Assembly: GCA_045545475.1 (NCBI GenBank)
Contig: JAZQAZ010000002.1
Coordinates: 1 to 64,000 of the forward strand
Direction of reading: 5' to 3'
DNA from: Clostridia bacterium
Lineage (GTDB): Bacteria > Bacillota > Clostridia > CAKSNL01 > HGM11501
Length of the DNA: 64,000 bases
The notes under the pieces were generated by a model. That model was given only the letters and a program-made list of their open reading frames with translations. It was not told the DNA's origin and searched no databases. How positions within the stretch are numbered: position 1 is the stretch's first letter; the number at the start of each line of letters is the position of its first letter. The position numbers and the translations under genes were made by a program. Below are positions 31,754-40,366 of this stretch, piece by piece.

Positions 31754-31983
31754 ATTATAGCAGGGAGGTTCAGAAGAAAAACTCCTGTCGGACAGCAAAA
31801 TTTTAAAGAAATTATCGAAAATAAGTCAAAAAAATTAAGGAATTTGCCGAAAAAATATGATATAATACTCACAATATGGCGTAGTCTAAGGTTGCTTTCG
31901 GCATCTTTGCGGATATCATCTGCTTGTGTGTTTCTTACGGCTTCATAAAAAAGCGATATTTCAAGGGAAATGGATCAAAATTA

Positions 31984-32043
31984 TAAAAAAGTATTTAAAA
32001 TATCTAAAAAAGTATAGCCATTAAAAAAATAATATGATATAAT
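31984..32043 (+). promoter_or_regulatory. Promoter of cassette copy 1 with a 21-bp-spaced direct repeat abutting a weak -35
   Basis: TAAAAAAGTAT at 31984 and 32005; TAGCCA(32015)-17-TATAAT(32038) with TG extension. Confidence 0.55.
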
Positions 32044-32075
32044 AAATTACAATTAAAAAAGGAAGGAATGATTCA

Positions 32076-34817
32076 ATGAAAAAAGTATGTATCTTGCTTA
32101 CGGTACTTGCTATGCTCATGTCTATGTTCATGGTAGTATCGGCCTCGGAGGACATTGTTCTTCTTCCGTCTGATGTGGATTATCAGACAGGAGTTAAAAT
32201 GTCTGCCGATGCAATCAGCAAAATCAAAGTGGGAAGCCGTTTTGGTTTTGAAGGAGTTGACTTAACCGGAATAAAGTCCATAACGGTTGAGGGAAGTTGT
32301 CCTTATACAGGACGTAACAATGAAATTCTTCAGGTGAGAGTGGGAAGTCCCGATAACGGCGGAACATTAATCGCCTATGTAAGAATGGATGACGACACCA
32401 AGACAAGCTTTACGGCAGATATTGAAACTCCTGTTACCGGAGTTCAGAATCTTTACTTTGTAGGTCAGTTCTCAGGTGTTGGAACAGAAGGATATACAAA
32501 GGTAACAAAGGTTATCCTTTCAAAGGAGCCTTCGGGAAATGAAAAGTATGTTCCGATTCCCGATTCTGCCATAATCGACAACTACCACGACACATGGGTA
32601 GCTGTTGACGGTATGGGTAGAGCGGTTGCGGACTATGAAGAGGTTGGCGCTGTTAAGGAAGGCGAGAGAGAAATCGGTATCTTCTACTGGAACTGGTTCC
32701 CGAGACAGGATCTTAATGCGAGAATTCCCTGGAAGATAAATGAGGAGTTCCCGGAAGCTTATGATGATTATGACCATCCGGCTTGGGATACAAAGGGTAA
32801 GTATTACTGGAACGAACCCATCTTCGGCTATTATGACAATCTTGACTATTGGGTATACAGAAAGCAGGCAATACTTCTTGCCAATGCCGACGTTGATGTA
32901 ATTTTCTATGACGGAACAAATCAGGCAAATGTATGGTATGCGGGTTCAAAGGTTCATTTTGAAGCTTGGCGTGATGCAAGAGCATCCGGTGTTGATGCAC
33001 CCGGTATTTCCTGGATTACTTCATGGAAGACAGACCGTACACAGGCACTTAAGTATGTATATCAGGAATTTTTCCGTGAGTGTAGATATTCCGATCTCTG
33101 GTATTACCGTGACGGAAAGCCCATGATTATCACAGATTGGACTCTTGCTACGAGATACGAATATCCCGAGGACAGCATTGACAGAGATATCACAAAGGAA
33201 GCTTTCGATTTCTTCAGCCTTTACAGAACCAGCAGCGGAAACGGCGGTAATGACATAGTTGAGGGAAATAATCTTGCTTGGCTTGATACATATCCTCAGG
33301 TACGTTACGGTCAGGATGAAAATGGAAGAGTTCAGTTTGTGGCACTTGGTCTTGCAAGAAACCAGTCCTATGTGTGGGGCCCCGGTACCGTTGGCGTATT
33401 CTCCGATCCTTACACCAAGGGCAGAAGTTATACTGAAGCCTTCGGTGAAGACTGGAGAGAGGGAACCTACAGAGAAAACTACTTCTTCTTAGAGCAGGCG
33501 TCAAGAGTTCTTGATGTAGATCCCGCATTCGTCTTCGTTGACGGTTGGAACGAGTGGACTGCAGGAAGACAGATGCTTTATTCCGGTGTTGAAAACTCCT
33601 TTGTTGACACTTATGACAACGAAGGTAGCCGTGACTTCGAGCCTACACGCGGTGAACTTAAGGACGATTCTTACTGTCAGCTTATCGACTTTGTAAGAAA
33701 GTATCAGGGCGTTCGTCCCGCACCTTTAGCATCTGCTGAAAAGACAATTGATATTGCAGGCGATGTATCTCAATGGAACGATGTTGCTCCCGAATTTATC
33801 AACGATAACACCGACTTTGAACGTGACAGCGAAGGTTTTATAAATCACGAAACAGGAAAGCGTTATCATTATACGACAACAGTAAATAATGCAATTTCCC
33901 GTGCAAAGGTTGCAAGAGACGCTGAAAACTTCTACTTTATGGCAAAGACAACTCGTCCTATCGTGGAAGGAACAGCTAACTGGATGAACCTTTACATTAA
34001 TGCAGACAGAAACTATGCAACAGGCTTTGAAGGCTATGACTATGTTGTAAACTTTAATGGCGCAGGCGTAATTTCAAAGTTTGCCGACAAGGCTTATACC
34101 GTTACCGATATCGGAAACGTTTCCTATAAGGTAAATGGCGATACATTGGTTATTGCAGTTCCTAGGGCATTAATCGGTGAAACAGGAACTGTTGACCTTG
34201 AATTTAAGTGGACAGACTCTGTTGACTGCAAGGGAGACATTGTAGAATTCTACAACGGCGGCTCGGTTGCTCCCATGGGACGTTTTAACTTCCTCTACAC
34301 AGAAATAGCTCAGGTTGCATTAAGCGATGCTGAAAAAGCGGCATTTGATGACGGTGCAATGATTGGCGAAGGCAGAGGAAAGATGATTGCAGACGGCGGC
34401 AAGATGAGGGTATATGAGCCCGACACAAGATTCGTTCCCGTTATGGAAAATGGCGTATTATACTATCCCGCAGAAGCTCTTGAGGATATCTTAGGCAACG
34501 GCGAAACAAAGATGGTATATGATGCAGAAGATAAGATTCTTCACATCTCAACCCATAAGCTTAATGAAAATTCCGAAATCTGTGACTATTACTGGATTTA
34601 TTCTGAAGTTGATTCAATTGACGGCAGAATAAACGGTTATTACAAGGCTCTTACAAACCCCGTGAAGATATTTAACGGAATTCCTTATGTTCCTCATACA
34701 TATCTTGCAGATTGCTTAGGCTGGACCGTATACGATGCAGGCGACGGAATTTTTGCTATGAGCAGAACAGGTCTTACTGCTGAAATGATTGCCGGTGCAA
34801 AGGCACACTTAAACTAA
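32076..34817 (+). CDS. Secreted multimodular glycoside hydrolase (CBM6-like + GH99/GH71-like barrel + Ig/DOMON-like + stalk domain), copy 1
   Basis: Signal peptide; CBM6-like FGFEGVDL...QVRVGSP..GTLIA...TGVQNLYFV; GIFYWNW, YYWNEPIFGYY, DVIFYDGTN, DGKP, VDGWNEW, SRDFEP; C-terminal PVKIFNGIPYVP..LA..LGW.V. Confidence 0.75.
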   Translation: MKKVCILLTVLAMLMSMFMVVSASEDIVLLPSDVDYQTGVKMSADAISKIKVGSRFGFEGVDLTGIKSITVEGSCPYTGRNNEILQVRVGSPDNGGTLIAYVRMDDDTKTSFTADIETPVTGVQNLYFVGQFSGVGTEGYTKVTKVILSKEPSGNEKYVPIPDSAIIDNYHDTWVAVDGMGRAVADYEEVGAVKEGEREIGIFYWNWFPRQDLNARIPWKINEEFPEAYDDYDHPAWDTKGKYYWNEPIFGYYDNLDYWVYRKQAILLANADVDVIFYDGTNQANVWYAGSKVHFEAWRDARASGVDAPGISWITSWKTDRTQALKYVYQEFFRECRYSDLWYYRDGKPMIITDWTLATRYEYPEDSIDRDITKEAFDFFSLYRTSSGNGGNDIVEGNNLAWLDTYPQVRYGQDENGRVQFVALGLARNQSYVWGPGTVGVFSDPYTKGRSYTEAFGEDWREGTYRENYFFLEQASRVLDVDPAFVFVDGWNEWTAGRQMLYSGVENSFVDTYDNEGSRDFEPTRGELKDDSYCQLIDFVRKYQGVRPAPLASAEKTIDIAGDVSQWNDVAPEFINDNTDFERDSEGFINHETGKRYHYTTTVNNAISRAKVARDAENFYFMAKTTRPIVEGTANWMNLYINADRNYATGFEGYDYVVNFNGAGVISKFADKAYTVTDIGNVSYKVNGDTLVIAVPRALIGETGTVDLEFKWTDSVDCKGDIVEFYNGGSVAPMGRFNFLYTEIAQVALSDAEKAAFDDGAMIGEGRGKMIADGGKMRVYEPDTRFVPVMENGVLYYPAEALEDILGNGETKMVYDAEDKILHISTHKLNENSEICDYYWIYSEVDSIDGRINGYYKALTNPVKIFNGIPYVPHTYLADCLGWTVYDAGDGIFAMSRTGLTAEMIAGAKAHLN

Positions 34818-34830
34818 GGAGGGATAAAAT

Positions 34831-37392
34831 ATGAAAAAGTTAATATCATTATTACTTACAATTTGCCTCATTTTATCTCTCGGTGCATTTTCTGTAAGTG
34901 CAGAAGATGCAAAGCTTGATAAAAAGGACTGGAAGATAGAGGCTTCAAGCTCTTTCGGTGACAGTGCAAAATATGCAATAGACGGAAAGATTGAAAGCTA
35001 CTGGCATTCATTTTATGAAGTAGTTGAAGGTACGGCTGCGAATAAAGCAGGTGCTCCTCACGAGCTTACCATAACACTTCCTTCTTTAACTGTTATTTCG
35101 GGATTTTCCTACACTCCCAGAACCGGAGGATCTACCACAGGATTTGTATTAAAATATGAACTTTATGCAGCTGATGAAACATCAGAATTAAAGCTTATTA
35201 AATCCGGTGAGTTTGAAAAGAAGCTTGAAGAACAGACAGTTAAGTTTGACTATAATATCGAAGCTAAAACTGTTGTATTCAGAATGACTGAAACAGTTGC
35301 AACTTCAGGCGTTGTTGCAGAGTTTGACCTTCTTGCGGAAGATTCATCCCTCAGCAAAAAGGCGATTTCCGATATAAGCGGTGCAACTCTTGAGGCAAGA
35401 AAAGAGGAAGAGGCTGCAGAAAGCAACAACAGTGCTGTATATGATAAAAGCACATGGAAGGCAGAAGCTTCCAGCGTAATGGGCAAAATGGACGGCTCCT
35501 GGGTGCTTGACGGTAAGAGAGAAACCTACTGGCACACATACTACGAAGCAATAGACGGTAAGGCAGAAAACAAGACTCCTCCTCCTTATGACCTTACAAT
35601 AGATTTGGGAGCAGAGTACGTTATTTCCGGTTTTGTTTACACTCCCAGAGAGGGTAATTCTACTACAGGCCGTGTTACAAAGTATGAGTTTTACGGCTCT
35701 GACGGAAGCGATGACTTCAAACTTATTGCATCCGGCAGCTTTGTAAGCGATATGGAAATAAAGAATGTTAAATTCAAAAATAACATTCCCGTTAAAAAGG
35801 TACAGTTCAAGATTCTTGAAGTTGTGGGCGGATGCGGCGTTGTAGCAGAATTTGACCTTTTGAAGGAAAATTCTTCACTTTCCAAGGTTGCACTTTCATC
35901 TGTTAAGGCTGAAGTGGTAGAAGCGACAAGTGGCGAAGCGGCAAAACCCGCGGCACCCACTACACCTGCAGCTCCCGTAGCTCCTACTACACCTACGGGT
36001 GATTCCAAGAAGGTTGAAGGAGAAGTTCCCGTTGACGAGAGATACGTTGATAAAAACGGCTGGACCGCTTATGCAAAGGACAGCTTCCCCTCAGGAAATA
36101 CCATCGAAAAATCAATCGACGGCGATCCTAAAACCTTCTGGCATTCATACTATACAGCGGGTGAAAACGGAGGGGAGAACGTAAGACCTCCCATGCCTTA
36201 TGATGTAATTTATACTCTTCCTAACGTTACAACAGTAGCAGGCTTCTGCTACACACCCAGACAGTCATCCGGTTCAAACTCCGGACGAGTTCTTGAGTAT
36301 GAAATTTATGTAACAGGTGACGATTCCGATAACTGGGTGAAAATTACAGAAGGCAAGTTTACAAACGATGATGCCGCAAAGGATGTTGACTTTGCAGCAA
36401 ACATCGATGTAAAGAAGGTTATGTTCAGAATAACCTCCGGTATGAACAAATATGCCGTAATCGGTGAGTTTGACCTTATGGTTGAAAACGGACAGCTTGA
36501 AAAGGTTGAACTTGCAGGCTATGAACAGTTTGTAAAGGACAACAGAGTGTTCAAGCTTGATCCCAATCTTATCGGTGCAGAAAGCGATTCTGTATGGAGC
36601 GGTCACATCGGAGCACACGCTTTTGACGGTAACTACGGAACCTTCTGGCACAAGAATCCTTCCGATACCGGCACAATGCTTCTTAAGGTTGACCTTGGAA
36701 AGATTTATACCGTGGCAGGATTTACCTATTATCCCAGACGTGACGATATAAAGGGACACTGGAAAAAGTTCAACCTCTATGCAAGTGTTGACGGAAACGA
36801 ATTTTTCCCTGTTCTGGAAGATGAAGTTTTGGATGTTATTGATTTTACAAGCAAGGATGTAAGATTTAATGAACCTGTAGAATTCCGCTATGTAGAATTT
36901 GAAATCACCGAATATCACGGCCATTGTGCTGCTGCAGAAATTGAATTCTATCAGACAAAGGAAATTGCAGTTGAAGAATCAAAATCCGAAAAATATGTTC
37001 TTCAGATAGATAACCCTGTAATAATATCCGAGATAGACGGAGAAGTTAAGGAAACAACACTTGACGTTGCTCCCTTTATAAAAAACAGCAATACAATGAT
37101 TCCCTTAAGAGGATTGCTTGAAGCCATGGGTGCAACCATTGAATGGAACGGCGATAACCAGAGCATAAAAATTGTAAAGGAATCTATCACAATTGATATG
37201 CAGATAAGAAATATTCTGGTTTATGTTACAAACGTAAAGGGTACAGTTCGCTATTCCTTCAGAACAGCCCCCGTAATAAAGGACGGAAGAACCTTTATTC
37301 CCTTAAGATTCATATCGGAAAATCTTGGATATGAAGTCGCATGGGACGGAGAGACAAGAACAATTACCATAACAACTCCCGAAATTGAATAA
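34831..37392 (+). CDS. Secreted protein with four F5/8-type C (CBM32/discoidin) domains and C-terminal copper-amine-oxidase-like stalk domain, copy 1
   Basis: Four 'A.DG...(Y/F)WH...GF.Y.PR...AEF' repeats, Pro/Thr/Ala linker, LDVAPFIKN.NTMIPLR..E.MGATIEW and APVIKDGRTFIPLRFISENLGYEVAWD. Confidence 0.88.
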   Translation: MKKLISLLLTICLILSLGAFSVSAEDAKLDKKDWKIEASSSFGDSAKYAIDGKIESYWHSFYEVVEGTAANKAGAPHELTITLPSLTVISGFSYTPRTGGSTTGFVLKYELYAADETSELKLIKSGEFEKKLEEQTVKFDYNIEAKTVVFRMTETVATSGVVAEFDLLAEDSSLSKKAISDISGATLEARKEEEAAESNNSAVYDKSTWKAEASSVMGKMDGSWVLDGKRETYWHTYYEAIDGKAENKTPPPYDLTIDLGAEYVISGFVYTPREGNSTTGRVTKYEFYGSDGSDDFKLIASGSFVSDMEIKNVKFKNNIPVKKVQFKILEVVGGCGVVAEFDLLKENSSLSKVALSSVKAEVVEATSGEAAKPAAPTTPAAPVAPTTPTGDSKKVEGEVPVDERYVDKNGWTAYAKDSFPSGNTIEKSIDGDPKTFWHSYYTAGENGGENVRPPMPYDVIYTLPNVTTVAGFCYTPRQSSGSNSGRVLEYEIYVTGDDSDNWVKITEGKFTNDDAAKDVDFAANIDVKKVMFRITSGMNKYAVIGEFDLMVENGQLEKVELAGYEQFVKDNRVFKLDPNLIGAESDSVWSGHIGAHAFDGNYGTFWHKNPSDTGTMLLKVDLGKIYTVAGFTYYPRRDDIKGHWKKFNLYASVDGNEFFPVLEDEVLDVIDFTSKDVRFNEPVEFRYVEFEITEYHGHCAAAEIEFYQTKEIAVEESKSEKYVLQIDNPVIISEIDGEVKETTLDVAPFIKNSNTMIPLRGLLEAMGATIEWNGDNQSIKIVKESITIDMQIRNILVYVTNVKGTVRYSFRTAPVIKDGRTFIPLRFISENLGYEVAWDGETRTITITTPEIE

Positions 37393-37393
37393 T

Positions 37394-37428
37394 AAAAAAC
37401 GGTGCGGAATTTTCCGCACCGTTTTTTT
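37394..37428 (+). terminator. Terminator of cassette copy 1
   Basis: aaaaaacggtgcggaa-tt-ttccgcaccgttttttt. Confidence 0.85.
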
Positions 37429-37468
37429 ATGAAACTTCACTTTCGATAAACTTTCGGTTGGTGGGATG

Positions 37469-37580
37469 TTGACAATTAAAGAAAAAAGTACTATACTGAG
37501 ATGGAAAGAAAAATAGCAAAATATATCAATTCAATTGGACAATATAAATCATTGACATTAATAATGCGCTAGGATATAAT
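37469..37580 (+). promoter_or_regulatory. Two tandem near-consensus sigma-A promoters of cassette copy 2
   Basis: TTGACA(37469)-17-TATACT(37492) and TTGACA(37552)-17-TATAAT(37575). Confidence 0.7.
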
Positions 37581-37611
37581 AAAATCGCACAAAAGGGAAA
37601 GGGTTGATTTA

Positions 37612-40353
37612 ATGAAAAAAGTATGTATCTTGCTTACGGTTCTGGCTATGCTTATGTCAATGTGCATAGCTATATCGGCATCGGAAGATATTGTCCTGCT
37701 TCCGTCTGATGTGGATTATCAGACGGGTGTTTCGGTTTCTTCCGGTGAAATTGCCAAAATCAGAGCGGGAGGCCGCTTTGGTTTTGAAGGCGTTGACCTT
37801 ACGGGGATAAAATCGATAACTGTTGAAGGTACCTGTAATTACGAGGGACGTAACAACGAAATTTTACAGGTGAGAGTGGGAAGCCCCGATAACGGCGGAA
37901 CAGTAATTGCCTATGTAAGAATGGACGACGATACAAAGTCGAGCTTTTCTGCAGATATTGAAGTTCCCGTAACAGGCGTACAGAATTTATATTTTGTGGC
38001 ACAGTTTTCCGGCGTAAGTGCTCCGGTGGCAGCCACCAAGGTAAATAAGGTTATTTTATCAAAAGAGCCTTCGGGAAATGAAAAATATGTTCCCATTCCC
38101 GATTCTGCCATAATAGATAACTACCACGATACTTGGGTTGCTGTTGACGGCATGGGCCGTGCTGTTGCCGATTATGAAGAAGTTGGCGACCTTAGGGGCG
38201 AAGAAACCGAAATCGGTATGTTTTACTGGAATTGGCACGCCAGAGGAGAAAGTAACGTAAGAATCCCCTGGAAAATAAATGCTGAATTTCCCGAGGCTTA
38301 TGACGATTACGAGCATCCTGCATGGGACTTAAAGGGCAGGTATTACTGGAATGAACCCATCTTCGGTTATTATGACAATCTTGACTACTGGGTATACAGA
38401 AAGCAGGCAATACTTCTTGCCAATGCTGACGTTGACGTAATTTTCTTTGACGGAACAAATATGGCTAATGTATGGTATGCAGGTCTTAAAGTACAGTATG
38501 AAGCTTGGCGTGATGCAAGAGAATCCGGAGTTGATGCACCGGGTATTTCCTGGATTACATCCTGGAAGACAGACCGTACACAGGCTGTTAAATACATATA
38601 TCAGGAATTCTTCCGTGAGGGTAGATATTCTGATCTTTGGTATTACCGTGACGGCAAGCCTATGATTATTACTGACAGAGCTCTTGTGGAAAGACTTGAA
38701 TATCCCAATGACAGCATTGACGGGGCAATAACAAGGGAAGCCTTCAATTTCTTTTCTATGTACAGAACAGCAAGCCGTATTGAAGATAAAATAGGTCCTA
38801 ATGATCAGCTTATGTGGCTTGATGTTTATCCTCAGAGTCTTTACGGTCAGGATGCATCGGGAAGAATACAGTTTGTATCATTGGGTATTGCAAAGAATGA
38901 ATCTTATGTCTGGGGTCCCGGAACTGTCGGAGTATTCTCTGATCCCTATACAATGGGCAGAAGCTACACTGTGGCCTTCGGTGAAGACTGGAGAGAGGGA
39001 GCATACAGAGAAAACTACTTCTTCCTTGAGCAGGCAAGTCGTGTTCTTGACGTAGATCCTGCCTTCGTATTCGTTGATGGCTGGAACGAGTGGATTGCAG
39101 GCAGACAGCACAGCTATTCTGGTGTTGAAAACTCCTTTGTTGATACCTATGATAACGAAGGAAGCAGAGATATTGAACCCACACGAGGCGAGCTTAAGGA
39201 CGATACCTACTGTCAGTTTGTTGACTTTGTAAGAAAGTATCAGGGCGTTCGCCCCGCACCTTTAGCAAGTGCTGAAAAGACAATTGATCTTGCAGGGGAC
39301 ATTGCTCAGTGGAACGATGTTTCTCCTGAATTTATCAACGATAATACGGATTTTGAGCGTGACAGCACAGGATATGTAAATCCTGATACGGGCGAGCGTT
39401 TCCATTATACAACAAAGGTGAATAATGCAATTTCCCGAGCAAAGGTTGCAAGAGATTCTGAAAACTTCTACTTTATGGCAAAAACAACACGTCCTATCGT
39501 GGAAGGAACAGAAAACTGGATGAACCTTTACATAAATGTGGACAGAAACTATGCAACAGGCTTTGAAGGTTATGACTATGTTGTAAACTTTACCGGTGCA
39601 GGCGTAATTTCAAAGTTTGCCGATAAGGCATATACCGTTACAGATATTGGAAATGTTTCCTATAAGGTTACAGGCGATACGCTGGTTATCGTTGTTCCAA
39701 AAGCTTTAATAGGCGAAACAGGAAAAGCTGACCTTGAATTTAAGTGGACAGACTCTGTTGACCCGAAGGGAGATATAGTTGAATTCTACAACGGCGGAAG
39801 CGTTGCTCCCATGGGACGCTTTAACTTCCTCTACACAGAAATAGCTCAGGTTGCTTTAAGTGAGGCTGAAAAATCTGCATTTACAGATGGGGCAATGATA
39901 GGCGAGGGTAAAATCAAAATGATTGCCGACGGTGCAAAGATGAAAGTTTATGAACCTGATACGAGATGTGTTCCCGTAATGGATAACGGTGTATTGTATT
40001 ATCCTGCACGTGCACTTAACGATATTTTAGGCTATGGTGAAACAAAGGTTGAGTTTGAAGCAGATGATAACATTCTTCATGTATCAACTCATAAGCTTGA
40101 CGAAAATGACGATATAAGCGACGAATACTGGATTTATTCTGAAGTTGGTTCGCTTGATGCAAGAGTAAACGGCTATCACAAAGCTCTCACAAATCCTGTA
40201 AAGATGATAAACGGAATTCCTTATGTGCCCGTAACCTATCTTTCAGATTGTCTTAGCTGGAAGCTTTATGATGCAGGCGACGGAATTTATGCAATGAGCA
40301 AAACGGGAATTTCAGAAGAAATTATTGCCGGCGCAAAGGCACACTTAGGATAA
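37612..40353 (+). CDS. Secreted multimodular GH99/GH71-like glycoside hydrolase, copy 2 (paralog of 32076-34817)
   Basis: Same 913-aa length, same motifs, long identical peptide blocks shared with copy 1. Confidence 0.75.
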   Translation: MKKVCILLTVLAMLMSMCIAISASEDIVLLPSDVDYQTGVSVSSGEIAKIRAGGRFGFEGVDLTGIKSITVEGTCNYEGRNNEILQVRVGSPDNGGTVIAYVRMDDDTKSSFSADIEVPVTGVQNLYFVAQFSGVSAPVAATKVNKVILSKEPSGNEKYVPIPDSAIIDNYHDTWVAVDGMGRAVADYEEVGDLRGEETEIGMFYWNWHARGESNVRIPWKINAEFPEAYDDYEHPAWDLKGRYYWNEPIFGYYDNLDYWVYRKQAILLANADVDVIFFDGTNMANVWYAGLKVQYEAWRDARESGVDAPGISWITSWKTDRTQAVKYIYQEFFREGRYSDLWYYRDGKPMIITDRALVERLEYPNDSIDGAITREAFNFFSMYRTASRIEDKIGPNDQLMWLDVYPQSLYGQDASGRIQFVSLGIAKNESYVWGPGTVGVFSDPYTMGRSYTVAFGEDWREGAYRENYFFLEQASRVLDVDPAFVFVDGWNEWIAGRQHSYSGVENSFVDTYDNEGSRDIEPTRGELKDDTYCQFVDFVRKYQGVRPAPLASAEKTIDLAGDIAQWNDVSPEFINDNTDFERDSTGYVNPDTGERFHYTTKVNNAISRAKVARDSENFYFMAKTTRPIVEGTENWMNLYINVDRNYATGFEGYDYVVNFTGAGVISKFADKAYTVTDIGNVSYKVTGDTLVIVVPKALIGETGKADLEFKWTDSVDPKGDIVEFYNGGSVAPMGRFNFLYTEIAQVALSEAEKSAFTDGAMIGEGKIKMIADGAKMKVYEPDTRCVPVMDNGVLYYPARALNDILGYGETKVEFEADDNILHVSTHKLDENDDISDEYWIYSEVGSLDARVNGYHKALTNPVKMINGIPYVPVTYLSDCLSWKLYDAGDGIYAMSKTGISEEIIAGAKAHLG

Positions 40354-40366
40354 GGAGGGATAAAAT

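Noticed and set aside
31877-31947. Hammerhead-like motif on the minus strand (CAGAUGA...GAAA)
   Set aside because: The core reads CAGAUGA rather than CUGAUGA, and the stem II closing pair does not fit.
31685-31948. 87-aa ORF overlapping the yneA stop
   Set aside because: TTG start without an SD, crosses a terminator and promoter-like AT-rich DNA, no motif.
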